Shown here: in pieces, positions 49,825-59,841 of the stretch | How positions within the stretch are numbered: position 1 is the stretch's first letter | How the letters are laid out: every line of letters starts with the position of its first letter | Source: a bacterium | Lineage (GTDB): Bacteria; Desulfobacterota; DSWW01 | Assembly: GCA_040756235.1 (NCBI GenBank) | Contig: JBFLZG010000081.1 | Span: 1-64,000, forward strand | Direction: 5' to 3' | DNA length: 64,000 bases | The notes under the pieces: model-generated | Told to the model about the DNA's origin: nothing | Databases searched by the model: none | Seen by the model: the letters and a program-made list of their open reading frames with translations, nothing else | Program-made: the position numbers and the translations under genes

Positions 49825-51306
49825 TCATGGCTGGGGAGCCCCGTTGTCGGGTTTGTCCGGTTTCTGCCGGGTTTCGAGTCTGATGACGTAGTAGGTGCCA
49901 CGTCCCGTTGTGCCTATCTTTTTCAGCACCCCTTTGCGCAGCAGTTCCGCCAAGTCCCGGAGACTCGTTCGGTCTGTAGCACCGGTTAGTTCTTGGTATT
50001 CCTTGTTCGTGATCCGTCCCTTTGTCTTGGTGAAAATGACTGCCTGTTTCTGACGATCGCTCAACCCGAGTTCCGCTATTACGGCCTCCGTCAGCCAGTC
50101 CCGCCAAATGGTGACAACGAACTGGCCGGCACGCTGCTCGAAGTCTGGCTCGGGGATGCCGACCTCCCGGCAGCGCTCGATCATGTCGAGCGTTCCGGTG
50201 CCTGCTTTCTCAATGTAGTGAGCCAGGTAGAGGGGCTCAGCGATCAGTGGGTTATGGGGAATGGACGCATGAGGCTCCCGGAGGCGCTGGGGTGTGAGGG
50301 TGGGCGGTAGTTCTCCAGGATTCCATACCTCCAGCCTGTCGGCGAACAGCATGACCTGCACGCTTGCATTGCTGGTATAGTCCCGGTGAGCCACGGCGTT
50401 GACGATGGCTTCCGCCACTGCCTGCTTGGGCAGCTCGTATGCCACGGGTGCTTGGGGCCCGTGCTCACGGGTGCCGATCGTCCGCGCAACCTTGGACAAG
50501 ACAAAATCCACCGCCTGGTCTACCAGATTAAAGACAGTCCCTTTAAAGATCTGGTAGGACGGAATGGGCTTTTGAACCTTGGTGCCGTGGAAATGAAGGC
50601 ATTTGATCTCCGAGGTCGGGAGGAACCGCTGCGGATTCCCGCCGAACAGGAGGATCGCAGCGTGGGTGGGGCGGCTGTCATCCAGGAGGTTGAGATGGGT
50701 CAAGGCCTTCTCTCGTCTGGTCCTGACCGGTAAAGGATAATTGCGTTCGTGCTTCGCCGTTTCCAGAAACCAACTGATCTTCTCCTGCGGCAGGTCGTTC
50801 AAGGTTGCCCGCGGACAGGCGGACGCATCGAAGGGCAGGCTGCGCAGGTCCCCTCTGCGTTCGAGGTGCTCAACCAGGGCGGCGTAGAGCGCCGCGGTCA
50901 AGTCGGGGATGTCGGCGAAACGCCTGCGGATGAGCTGAGAACCCGCCTTGCGAATCAGTCTGAGCATCTTTGGATGACGCGTCTTGTCGTCGGTGTTTTT
51001 GACAAAGATCAGGCGCGGCTTGCCCCCGACGGTTGCGAAGTGAAACTCGCGTTCCGTCGGCGACAGGCCTTCAGAATCCTCATTCCCATACTCATTGCCG
51101 AAAAGGCCGACGTACACGTCGCAACGTGCGACTTCCTCCAGATACACCTCATCAGCCCTACGATCGCCGGCAGGGAGATCTTCGAAGAGGAAAACCTCAA
51201 AAAAGCGCCGAAGCAGGGCGTCGCCCTGAACGAAATCTTTTACGGCTCTGCGCTCCCGCTGGAATTCCTTCTGGACGCTGCTCATGAAAAGGCGCTTGCG
51301 CTTCAT
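49825..51306 (-). CDS. DUF4062 domain fused to HATPase_c_4 and winged HTH
   Basis: LFMSSVQKEFQRER...CDVYVGLFG.EYG...SPTEREF; EAIVNAVAHRDY, NPG, IEKAGTG; ITNKEYQ...RDL. Confidence 0.8.
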   Translation of the reverse strand: MKRKRLFMSSVQKEFQRERRAVKDFVQGDALLRRFFEVFLFEDLPAGDRRADEVYLEEVARCDVYVGLFGNEYGNEDSEGLSPTEREFHFATVGGKPRLIFVKNTDDKTRHPKMLRLIRKAGSQLIRRRFADIPDLTAALYAALVEHLERRGDLRSLPFDASACPRATLNDLPQEKISWFLETAKHERNYPLPVRTRREKALTHLNLLDDSRPTHAAILLFGGNPQRFLPTSEIKCLHFHGTKVQKPIPSYQIFKGTVFNLVDQAVDFVLSKVARTIGTREHGPQAPVAYELPKQAVAEAIVNAVAHRDYTSNASVQVMLFADRLEVWNPGELPPTLTPQRLREPHASIPHNPLIAEPLYLAHYIEKAGTGTLDMIERCREVGIPEPDFEQRAGQFVVTIWRDWLTEAVIAELGLSDRQKQAVIFTKTKGRITNKEYQELTGATDRTSLRDLAELLRKGVLKKIGTTGRGTYYVIRLETRQKPDKPDNGAPQP

Positions 51307-51485
51307 TGGCCGTTCCCCCCGTAGGGCGGGGAATCCTCACGCACCACCATCGGCCGGGTCATGGCGTTCACTTCGAGCCAATAGTGGGCCACCTTGGTGA
51401 CCTGCAGCCACCGACCCGTCTGTCCGCGTATCCGCAGCGGGGCCAGGGGCTTCGGCAGGCGGGCCTTGTGCCGCTCGAAGCTCAT
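51303..51485 (-). pseudogene. 60-aa chimeric ORF ending in a second copy of the helicase C-terminus
   Basis: QVTKVAHYWLEVNAMTRPMVVREDSPPYG versus helicase EVRQVAHYYLTVNALTQPIRICEPPPPPYG; ATGA overlaps on both sides. Confidence 0.65.
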
Positions 51486-52723
51486 CTCTTCCTCACCGTT
51501 TCCTCCTCGCAGGACTTCGCAGGAGACGGCAACTCCAAATGCCTTCGTTTCTGCAAGGCCGCCCGAGTTCGATCGATCTCGGCTGCCAGGGTTTTCTCGT
51601 CGGGCAAAGCCGTGCGGTATTCCGACGCCATCACCTTGTTCGGGAGCCCCTCCAGTGCGTACCGCGCGACCGCTTCATCCTTCTGAGCGCACAAAATAAG
51701 ACCCACCGGTGGGTTTTCACCCTCCCGAACCCAGTGCTCGCGGGCATAGTTGAGATAGAGGTGCATCTGGCCAGCGTCGGCGTGGGTGAACCTGCCGAGC
51801 TTAAGGTCGATGATCACCAGACAGCGCAGGCCCCGGTGGAAGAAGACCAGGTCCACGCGGTACCACTCGCCGCCGATGCGAAGCCGCTTCTGCCGGCCGA
51901 TGAAGCAGAAGTCACCGCCCAGCTCGAGGAGGAAGGTCTCGAGGTGCCGGATGAGCGCCTCTTCCAGGTCGCTCTCGGAGTACTCGTCCTTGAGATCTAG
52001 GAACTCCAGGACGTAGGGGCTCTTGATCTCCTCCTCCGGCGTCACCGCGTCCTCAGGGAGGCGCTTCTGGCCTTTCGCGAGCATGGCCGCCTTGTTTTGG
52101 GAGAGGGCTGTCCGCTCGTAGAACTGCGCATCGATCTGGCGGGCGAGCTGGCGCACGGCCCAGCCTCCGCGCAGGGCCTCGGCCTCGTAGAAGGCGCGGG
52201 CCTCCTCGGAGCGGCTCCGTCGAACCAGTAGCACATAGTGCGACCAGGAAAGCGGAAAGGCTCCGGCCAGAGCTGCCAGATCCCCTGGCTTCGAGAGGGC
52301 CTCGAATTTTCCGGACGCTGTCTGGAAAATGTGGTCTCCTCTGTGCGCTTCCGAGGACGAACTGCCATCGACCAATCCCGGGGCAGATTCTCCAGACACT
52401 GTCTGGAAAATCGCGGGATAGGCCAGGTAAAAGGCCCTCATCTCGAACAAGTTGCTCTTCTTGAACCCGCGGCCGAACCGGGCCGAGAGGTCTCGGGCGA
52501 GCGTGTCCATCAGCTCTTCGCCGTAGCCCGCGCGCTTCTTTCCCTGCTGCTCCTCTTCGACGATGCGGCGGCCGATGAGCCAGTAGGCAGCCGTCATGAC
52601 GGCGTTGACCGACCGCGCGGCGGTCTGCCGGGCCGCCTGGATCACGGCGGACAGATCGGCCAGGACCGCGGTGTACTCCCCGCCAACCTCAGGGCGGCGC
52701 TCGACCGAATCCTTGCGCGTCAT
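51482..52723 (-). CDS. YhcG/DUF1016 PD-(D/E)xK nuclease family protein
   Basis: YWLIGRRIVEEEQ, LSWSHY, PYVLEFL, FLLELGGDFCF, DLVFFHR, IIDLK, GQMHLYL. Confidence 0.9.
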   Translation of the reverse strand: MTRKDSVERRPEVGGEYTAVLADLSAVIQAARQTAARSVNAVMTAAYWLIGRRIVEEEQQGKKRAGYGEELMDTLARDLSARFGRGFKKSNLFEMRAFYLAYPAIFQTVSGESAPGLVDGSSSSEAHRGDHIFQTASGKFEALSKPGDLAALAGAFPLSWSHYVLLVRRSRSEEARAFYEAEALRGGWAVRQLARQIDAQFYERTALSQNKAAMLAKGQKRLPEDAVTPEEEIKSPYVLEFLDLKDEYSESDLEEALIRHLETFLLELGGDFCFIGRQKRLRIGGEWYRVDLVFFHRGLRCLVIIDLKLGRFTHADAGQMHLYLNYAREHWVREGENPPVGLILCAQKDEAVARYALEGLPNKVMASEYRTALPDEKTLAAEIDRTRAALQKRRHLELPSPAKSCEEETVRKR

Positions 52724-55700
52724 GGCTTCCTCCCGTAGGGGGGCGGCGGAGGCTCGCAGATGCGTATGGGCTGCGTGAGCGCGTTGACCGTCAGGTAGTA
52801 GTGCGCAACCTGGCGGACCTCATTCCACGGGAACCGTGCTGGGTCTTTGATGGGTTCCTGGAGCTGCGCGTAGCCGTCGCAGCTCGTGACCACGTAGAGC
52901 CAGTAGCAGTCCCGGCGATCCTCGGCCACCCGGCGCTCGTTCGGTGTGAGCAGAATTGTCCCTGTGTCCCGGGCCAAGCCCTTGACCTCGATGAGCCGTA
53001 GCTCGCCGGAGTTCAGGTCGAGGCTCGTGACGTCGTAGCCGAGATCCTTCTCATGGACGTCATAGACCTGGCGGCCTTGCCCCTTCTCGTATTCCATGAC
53101 CACTCGCATGGCGGTGGCCTCGGTCTCCAGGTTCGGGCGCATCCGGCGCACTTCCGGGGCCTCGCGCTCGGGGTGGGGCAGAACGAGCACGCTCGCGATC
53201 CGCTCCACGGCCTGGAGTGTGAGCGACCGCTGCTGCTCGAGCTCCTGCCGGCGTCGCTCGCGGCGGGCAAGAAGGTCCGCCTGTCGGTTCTCCGCTTGGG
53301 CAAGGCGGCCGTCGGCTCCGGCCACACCCTGTTCCCTGTCCTCGTTGGCCTTTCCGATCTCCTCGTCCGCCCGCTGGATCAGCTCCGTAAGGGAAAGCTC
53401 TACGTGCTCAGCGATGCGCAAGCTCTCAGCCAAGCGCTCCTGCCGCGTCTCTTCCAGGAAAGGCTGGAGGGCGTTCGTGTGCAACCATGCCAGAGGCTCA
53501 GGCTGGAGGGCGACGGCGGGAAGCTCCTCGGGTCGCTCGCAAGGCGAGAAGTTCCCGAGCATGTTCGACTCGCGCAGGTAGTAGCCTCCCTCTGCCGGTG
53601 CTCCGGCCGGCAGGTCGGCCTTTCCGGCAAGCTCCACGGCGAAGAGGCGCTCGTGAACCACATGGCCGAGACCGTCCACCACCCGAGCGCGGTAGAAATC
53701 GATCCGCGAGGGCTCCTGGTGCTGGAGGGAATGGAAGCAGGCCCCCTTCCCGAAGCTCTCCGCAGCCTTGGCAGAGGTGTGTCTGCGCACAGCCTCGAAC
53801 AGTGGATGGCCGGGAGTGACCCATTCGAGGCTGTTCTTCTCGGCCGTGTCGCGGTCGGTCGAGCAGCGCGGATACTTTGCTGCCACAGAGGCGAGCTTCC
53901 AGTCCGGATCGCGCTCGTACCCCTGAAGGGATGACGGCGTCCGGGCAGGGTCGAAGGTGTGGGGCATGCTCTCCACGAAGCTGAGCTTGAGCGGGACGTA
54001 CTCGGCCGCCTCGCGCATGAAGCGTGCGATCGTCTCCGGCACGACGCGGTGTTCCTGCGCGCGCGCCCGGCGCTCGATCAGCATCTCCAGATTGAGCTTC
54101 TTGGACGCAAGCCCTTCGAGGGCGTTCTGGCAGATGGCCCGGAAGCGCCTCTCGTCCACGTTCTCGAGCAGACGCTCTTCCAGGTCTGCATCGCCGAGCC
54201 TCCCTGCGTAGTAGTCCCGCAGGATGCGATCCAGGTGGGCGGCGGGCAGGATTTCGCCCACAACGTTGAAGACCGCATCATCATCCAGGGCATCCCGGAT
54301 TTCCTGGAGTTTCTCCAGGAGCCGCTGGAGGACCCGGCCCTCGATGGTATTCGTCGCCACGAAGTTGAAGATAAGGCAGTCCTTCCGCTGGCCGTAGCGG
54401 TGGATGCGGCCCATGCGCTGCTCGAGGCGATTCGGGTTCCAGGGGATGTCGTAGTTGAAGAGGATATTGCAGACCTGGAGGTTGATACCCTCCCCCGCCG
54501 CCTCGGTGGCCACGAGGACCTGGATCGCGCCTTCACGGAACCGCTGCTCCGAATAGAGCCGTGTGCCGGGCTCGTCGCGGGAGCCAGGCTTCATGCCGCC
54601 ATGGATACAGCCAACCCTGAAGCCCCAGGCCTTGAGCTTCCCAACAAGATAGTCCAGCGTGTCCCTGAATTCTGTGAAAAGAAGAAGCCTTTTGTCCGGA
54701 TGGTCGAAGAAACCTTCCTCGTGGAGCAAGTCCTTGAGCTTGGAGAGCTTCGCTTCCGAAGCAGAGTCTTCGATGGCCTGGGCCTGCTTGCCGAGTTGGC
54801 GAAGCTCCGCGATCTCCTCTCGCAGCTGCCCCGCGTTTCCGGCAAGGGTGATCGCCTCGAGCATAGCCTCGAGCCGCTCGCGCTCAGTCTCCTCCATTTC
54901 CTCGATCTCTTCCGGATCGGGAAGATCGGGCGGGGCCAGCCGCACGAGCTCCTGAGCTCTCTTGAGACCCTCTTCCAGCCTCCGAGCACGGTTCTCCAGG
55001 CTATGACGCATCGCATAGGTGCTGGAAGCGAGCCGGCGCTGGTAGAGGGACATGAGGAACCCAACCGCACGGGCGCGCGGATCCTCCCCCTGGGCGGCAG
55101 CCTTCGCACTCTGCCGTTTCACGAAACGGGTAATCTCTCTGTAGAGATCGAACTCAGGCCCGTCGATCTGGAAGTCGACGGTGTGCGGAACGCGCTTGGT
55201 GAAGATCTTCTCGGCCGCCCAGGTGCCGTCCTGCCGGCGTTCCGGGAAATAGACCATCGCCTCCTTGGTGCGGCGCAAGTAGAACGGGGCACGGCGCCGG
55301 TCCATGGCCTCGCGGATCGACCGGACATCTGCAAAGGCGTCCGAGTCCAGCAACTGCAGAAAGAGTGTGAAGTTCGCCGGGTCCCCCTTGTGGGGCGTTG
55401 CTGTCAGCATCAGGATGTGGTCGGACGCATCCCGCAGGAATTCGCCGAGGGCATAACGCGCTGTCTTGCGAGCCGGAGGGGTCCACGACATACGGTGGGC
55501 CTCGTCCACAATTGCGAGGTCCCAGCGGACCTGCTTCAAGCCCGGAAGAATATCGGTTCGCTTGGCCAGGTCGAGCGACGTGATGACCTTTTTCTGCTCT
55601 AGCCACTGGTTAACGCCGAACTGGTCCCGGATGTCGTCACCTTTGAGAACCAGGAACTTCTCATCGAACTTCTCCTTCAGCTCCCGCTGCCACTGGAAAG

Positions 55701-56190
55701 AGAGGTTTGCCGGACAGACAACGAGGACCCGCTCGGCGAGCCCCCTGAGCTGAAGCTCGCGGATGAGGAGCCCGGCCATGATGGTCTTTCCGGCTCCGGC
55801 ATCATCGGCGAGCAAGAATCGGACACGGGCCACCTTTAAGAGATAGTCGTAGATGGCCTCGAGCTGATGGGGCAGCGGATCGACACGAGAGATCGAGAGG
55901 CCGAAGTAGGGATCGAATTCCCAGGCAATGCCCAGCGAATACGCTTGAAGGCCGAGCTTGAGAAGACGGCCGTCGCCGTCGTAGGTGAAACCGGAATTGA
56001 GGATAGTCACCCCTTCAAGGTCACGGGCGCTGAGCGTGACCTTGCGGAAACGCTCGGAATGCGTGCCGACGAGGCCGACGGTCCAGGTGCCTTCAGCACC
56101 GGCTCGCACGCTCTCCACGCGCATCGGCTCGTTGAAGAGCGGGCCGGCCAGGATACAACCTTCACGGATTGGGCAAGTTGGAGTTGTCAT
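52720..56190 (-). CDS. SNF2-family helicase with C-terminal DUF3883 nuclease domain
   Basis: LLADDAGAGKT, DEAH, TATPH, ATEAAGEGINLQ, QRMGRIHRYGQ, GYDVTS...IEVKG; GGAG RBS before ATG 56190. Confidence 0.9.
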   Translation of the reverse strand: MTTPTCPIREGCILAGPLFNEPMRVESVRAGAEGTWTVGLVGTHSERFRKVTLSARDLEGVTILNSGFTYDGDGRLLKLGLQAYSLGIAWEFDPYFGLSISRVDPLPHQLEAIYDYLLKVARVRFLLADDAGAGKTIMAGLLIRELQLRGLAERVLVVCPANLSFQWQRELKEKFDEKFLVLKGDDIRDQFGVNQWLEQKKVITSLDLAKRTDILPGLKQVRWDLAIVDEAHRMSWTPPARKTARYALGEFLRDASDHILMLTATPHKGDPANFTLFLQLLDSDAFADVRSIREAMDRRRAPFYLRRTKEAMVYFPERRQDGTWAAEKIFTKRVPHTVDFQIDGPEFDLYREITRFVKRQSAKAAAQGEDPRARAVGFLMSLYQRRLASSTYAMRHSLENRARRLEEGLKRAQELVRLAPPDLPDPEEIEEMEETERERLEAMLEAITLAGNAGQLREEIAELRQLGKQAQAIEDSASEAKLSKLKDLLHEEGFFDHPDKRLLLFTEFRDTLDYLVGKLKAWGFRVGCIHGGMKPGSRDEPGTRLYSEQRFREGAIQVLVATEAAGEGINLQVCNILFNYDIPWNPNRLEQRMGRIHRYGQRKDCLIFNFVATNTIEGRVLQRLLEKLQEIRDALDDDAVFNVVGEILPAAHLDRILRDYYAGRLGDADLEERLLENVDERRFRAICQNALEGLASKKLNLEMLIERRARAQEHRVVPETIARFMREAAEYVPLKLSFVESMPHTFDPARTPSSLQGYERDPDWKLASVAAKYPRCSTDRDTAEKNSLEWVTPGHPLFEAVRRHTSAKAAESFGKGACFHSLQHQEPSRIDFYRARVVDGLGHVVHERLFAVELAGKADLPAGAPAEGGYYLRESNMLGNFSPCERPEELPAVALQPEPLAWLHTNALQPFLEETRQERLAESLRIAEHVELSLTELIQRADEEIGKANEDREQGVAGADGRLAQAENRQADLLARRERRRQELEQQRSLTLQAVERIASVLVLPHPEREAPEVRRMRPNLETEATAMRVVMEYEKGQGRQVYDVHEKDLGYDVTSLDLNSGELRLIEVKGLARDTGTILLTPNERRVAEDRRDCYWLYVVTSCDGYAQLQEPIKDPARFPWNEVRQVAHYYLTVNALTQPIRICEPPPPPYGRKP

Positions 56191-56876
56191 CTCCTCCGGC
56201 CTTCGCGGCAAGGCGTTTACCTTCGGTGCCGCCAGGCATGACGGAACTTCATAGTTAACTTTAAGCAATTGCATTAATGGTTCGTACGCATTAGATTATC
56301 TTAAGTCAAGTCGCAGCATACGATCGTCCGGCAATTTCAGCTATTCCCACCGAACGCGAAGATCGGATGCGATCTTACAGAAAAGGGGCAACGACGGAGC
56401 TTTCTGGTTTCGCAACCAACCTTCGTCTGACGATCGGCAGCATTCGCCTGACGATGATCAGACGATTGCCTGCTGAGCAGGACATATCGAACCGGACCGC
56501 CCTTCCCCTCCTTCTTGCCAGGCCCAAATTCACGAAGAGCCTGCCCTTGCCTGCAAGCAGGCAGCAAATATCGCGCAAATGCCGGATGTGGTCAAGCTAT
56601 TACATGGTTCTATTAACTTGCACCAGGGGAGCAGCCTAGCCTAGCCTAGACCTCTCACGTTTGGCCCCCCAGACTAGCCGACCGCTGTGACAGATCCGGT
56701 CACGGGCAGTGTCCAGGTCATTGAAGCTGCGGCGGTAAGATCGGTACGCGCGGAGCCAGGCCCCATAGCGCGCAAAGAGCGTGTTGATCATCTCGCGGTA
56801 AACCCCATGGCGTTTAGGAGACTGCCGGACGAGAGGCACGGCAGTTCCAGAGCACGCAAAATCGCATTGCAGACCA

Positions 56877-57287
56877 TCATTGTCCGGGCTCATCAGAGAT
56901 GCACCCCTTGATGGTCTGGCAAAGCACGTCTGCAGAAAATGGTTTCGTGAAAGTGCCTGCAATTCCAACCTCGGCGGCGATCTCCCTCACTCTTTCCAAC
57001 TCACCCGGAAAGCCCGTCACAATCAGGATTGGGACGCAGGGGTAGCGCCGCCGAAGCCCAAGCAACATTTCAGAAGCTGAAGCATTTGGAAGCACCAGGT
57101 CCAGAATCATGAGATCCACTTTCTCACAAAGCAACATCTTCTCGGTCATCTCATAACTGGTTGCAACGAGAGGTATAAAATCCATATGCAAGGTTTCGAG
57201 AATTGCCAGATAGGACGCAATCACTGAAAGGTCGTCTTCAATGATAAGAACCCTTTTCGGCGCCACTCGCACTCCTTTCGTCAGCAC
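56877..57287 (-). CDS. Single-domain response regulator
   Basis: VLIIEDD, DLMILDLVLP, IVTG, TKPF. Confidence 0.8.
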   Translation of the reverse strand: MLTKGVRVAPKRVLIIEDDLSVIASYLAILETLHMDFIPLVATSYEMTEKMLLCEKVDLMILDLVLPNASASEMLLGLRRRYPCVPILIVTGFPGELERVREIAAEVGIAGTFTKPFSADVLCQTIKGCISDEPGQ

Positions 57288-57592
57288 GACAGCAGATCAC
57301 TCAGTCGCACCGGTAGAGGCCACAAGTCTGCACGAACGGATCATGCTGGAAGGGAGGGTCGCCGATCTTCAGGTCCAGAAGAGGAAAACCGACAGAGGTA
57401 CCCCCTTGGGCGAGGTATTAATCAAGACCTGTGCCAATACGGAAGATCAGAGAATATGTTGTATTTACGTGTGCATACAGGGATTGCCTGGTGATCTCTT
57501 GGCACAGAATTCTCAGAATGATTCTACCCTTGAGCGGTGCGGATATCAGTCTGATAGGATGGCGACAAGATGGGCGGAGCGACGGCCCGAGT

Positions 57593-57875
57593 TAACCTCT
57601 GCGCCACGAGGGCCGGCATGATGGCAAACACCCTAACCACCACGTAGTAGATTGTTCTCGGAGGGTCTCGGCTGGCAAGATACTCACGGATCGATAGGCC
57701 CGAAGCCAGAGCACAAGACCCAATTATCCAACCAGCATCAGCCCAAGTGCGACCGCCCCCATCCCGAGCCGGCCACGCGGTGTAGATGGCCCTGCCGCAC
57801 GCCGAAGGATCAGCCGCGCTGATTGAAAGACGACCGCAAACACGATCGGCGTCTTCATGAGCTCAGCGTTCTCGT
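57593..57875 (-). pseudogene. Degraded small membrane-protein gene
   Basis: Hydrophobic segments (RLGMGAVALGLML, YLASRDP, VFAIMPALVA) broken by a stop and frameshifts. Confidence 0.4.
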
Positions 57876-57879
57876 CGCT

Positions 57880-58126
57880 CTAGTTGAAGCTCTCCTGAGC
57901 CATCCCCACCTCCTCCCCTGCGACCAGCCATTCCATGGTCGTATCAAGCGCCCTTGCGATCCGGTATAGGGTCATTACCTCGGGGAGCTCGCCCCGGAGA
58001 CAAGCCTCGAGGACTTCCGGGGAAACCTCGGCCAGACGAGCGAGCTCGCCCGCACGAAGACACGGCCTGGGTAAGAAGGATCACGAGGCGGTCGGCAAAA
58101 TCAGGGTTCCGTAGGGGCTGAGTCAT
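57880..58126 (-). pseudogene. XRE-family HTH regulator with a single frameshift
   Basis: MTQPLRNPDFADRLVILLTQA then shifted frame LRAGELARLAEVS...LYRIARALDTTMEWLVAG. Confidence 0.65.
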
Positions 58127-58305
58127 TTCTGCTTCTCCATGCGCTTCTTGTACGTCATCACGTCAGCCTCTCGGAACCTCCAGAACCGGCCGTCTTTGAA
58201 CGCCCGCAGAGTGCCTCTGCGCGCCATCTCGATCACGTCATCAGGGCTGCAGTCCAGGACTCGGGCTACCTCTTTCGACTTGAGATACTTTTCTTTGGCC
58301 TTCAT
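58123..58305 (-). CDS. Excisionase-like HTH (HTH_17) protein
   Basis: YLKSKEVARVLDCSPDDVIEMARRGTLRAFKDGRFWRF. Confidence 0.85.
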   Translation of the reverse strand: MKAKEKYLKSKEVARVLDCSPDDVIEMARRGTLRAFKDGRFWRFREADVMTYKKRMEKQK

Positions 58306-58729
58306 GATCCGATGCTCCACCCGTGAGAGGCTCAAGCTGTATTACAGACCGGCTCTTGCGGAGGTGCAACGTCTCTACCCCCCATTACTCATTGTTCTCT
58401 TTTATCCTCTCCTCGGAGTGATTTCTCGATCTTGGATAGAGCATCCGCTGTCTTCTGGCGCAGACTATCTACCTGGTTCTGGAGATCTTGCGTTGATCCT
58501 CCCGATCTCTTGTAGGCCAGGATAGCAATGATGAGTGCTGCAACGGCGATTAGAAAGGTAAGAGCCATGATCCGTACCTCCCATCTAAGGTGAAAGTCAT
58601 ATCATATCATCACAACCGCGAGGGCTTCAGGGAAATCCCAGCGTACTTCACGAACTCGGCCGCACAAAGGCCGGCCTCCGTCAGGAGTTCACAAGGCGAT
58701 CAGAGCGAAGAGGTTCCGAGGGGTCTTGT

Positions 58730-59215
58730 TCATTTCTTTCCCGAGTTTCCTTTCCTCGACTGCTGCAGGGGGCCAACCCCCATAAACCGCACGTCGACTT
58801 CGACCGGCTCGCTCGGAACTCTACGCTCTATCAGGACCGCCCCTTTGCGGCCGTCCTTTAGGAGCAACGTGTACAGAATGTCCCCATCGAGCTCCTCTCG
58901 GTCCTTCACCGCAGTCCTGAAAACGCCACGCCACCTCTCTGCACCAGGCCGGATGTTGATCGATACGGCCAAATCGTTGAGCAGAGTTCGGTCCCCCTTC
59001 AGAAGACGGCCGGTCAAGAGGCCAACGGTTCTGGCTTGGGCCATTTCCATCTGCTTCTTGTATGCGACCACGTCTTCATGCCGATATAGCCAGAATCTGC
59101 CCACCTTGAACGCCCTTAGCCTGCCCCGCCGAGCCAGCTCGTGTACGTCATCGGGGCAGCAATCCAGGATGTGGGCGACGTCCTTGGAACGGAGGCGTTT
59201 CTCAATCGCCTTCAT
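58730..59215 (-). CDS. Excisionase-like HTH protein with extra C-terminal domain
   Basis: LRSKDVAHILDCCPDDVHELARRGRLRAFKVGRFW; paralog of 58123-58305. Confidence 0.75.
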   Translation of the reverse strand: MKAIEKRLRSKDVAHILDCCPDDVHELARRGRLRAFKVGRFWLYRHEDVVAYKKQMEMAQARTVGLLTGRLLKGDRTLLNDLAVSINIRPGAERWRGVFRTAVKDREELDGDILYTLLLKDGRKGAVLIERRVPSEPVEVDVRFMGVGPLQQSRKGNSGKK

Positions 59216-59337
59216 GCATTCTGTCCTCACTCAAAAGAGGCGGTGAACCAGCTTTCAGACCCCATCCCCCTGCTGTCAATGGCTCGGGCAGCTCGGGTAA
59301 TCGTGGAAGAAGATGTTCAGGGGAAGCAGAAATTCGG

Positions 59338-59841
59338 CTATCCTCGAGATCGTCCCTTCCTCTTCAGCTCTGCCCCAAGGAGCTCTCGGACGACCACTTT
59401 CAGTACCGCCCTGACGTCATCGCAGATGAACGGATCCTTGCTCGCCCGAGGGCCGGCGACATTCAGGACCCGGATTCCATTACCCCGGACCCAGAACATG
59501 ACCCCTTGCGCCGCCTGTGCCGCGGTCATTTGATCGAGGTCGAGGTGGAGCCACGGCTTCCCATGCCTCTTGGCCAGGGTGCGAGTGAGGGCTGATCCAC
59601 CGTTCAAGTGCCCGTGAGAGAAGATCAGAGTACCATCCGAGTCGACGACGTTCTGCTCGGTCCGAGCCTCGTCGCTGGCAGTAGGCATCTCCGTAAGCTC
59701 GTAGCGGTCCGGAAGTGGCCCCGCTTCGGTCAGCCTGCCCTTTGGAATCCATCCCCCGTGTGGCATTCCAAGTTCCATGGCCACATCCAGGGCCGCCTGA
59801 TCGGCCCCGGTCTGACCGCCTGAAATGATCTTCTCGAGCAT
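59338..59841 (-). CDS. SLOG-superfamily protein ('putative molybdenum carrier' type)
   Basis: KIISGGQTGADQAALD, GGWIPKGR, RTEQNVVDSDGTL, LNVAGPRAS. Confidence 0.85.
   Translation of the reverse strand: MLEKIISGGQTGADQAALDVAMELGMPHGGWIPKGRLTEAGPLPDRYELTEMPTASDEARTEQNVVDSDGTLIFSHGHLNGGSALTRTLAKRHGKPWLHLDLDQMTAAQAAQGVMFWVRGNGIRVLNVAGPRASKDPFICDDVRAVLKVVVRELLGAELKRKGRSRG

Noticed and set aside
49790..49880. Imperfect GGTTTGTC repeats at the end of the DUF4062 gene
   Set aside because: Low-complexity KPD-type tail coding with a small local duplication; no spacer structure
58620..58730. HicA-like peptide (LLTEAGL..AEF) on the minus strand
   Set aside because: Too short, no start codon or partner gene
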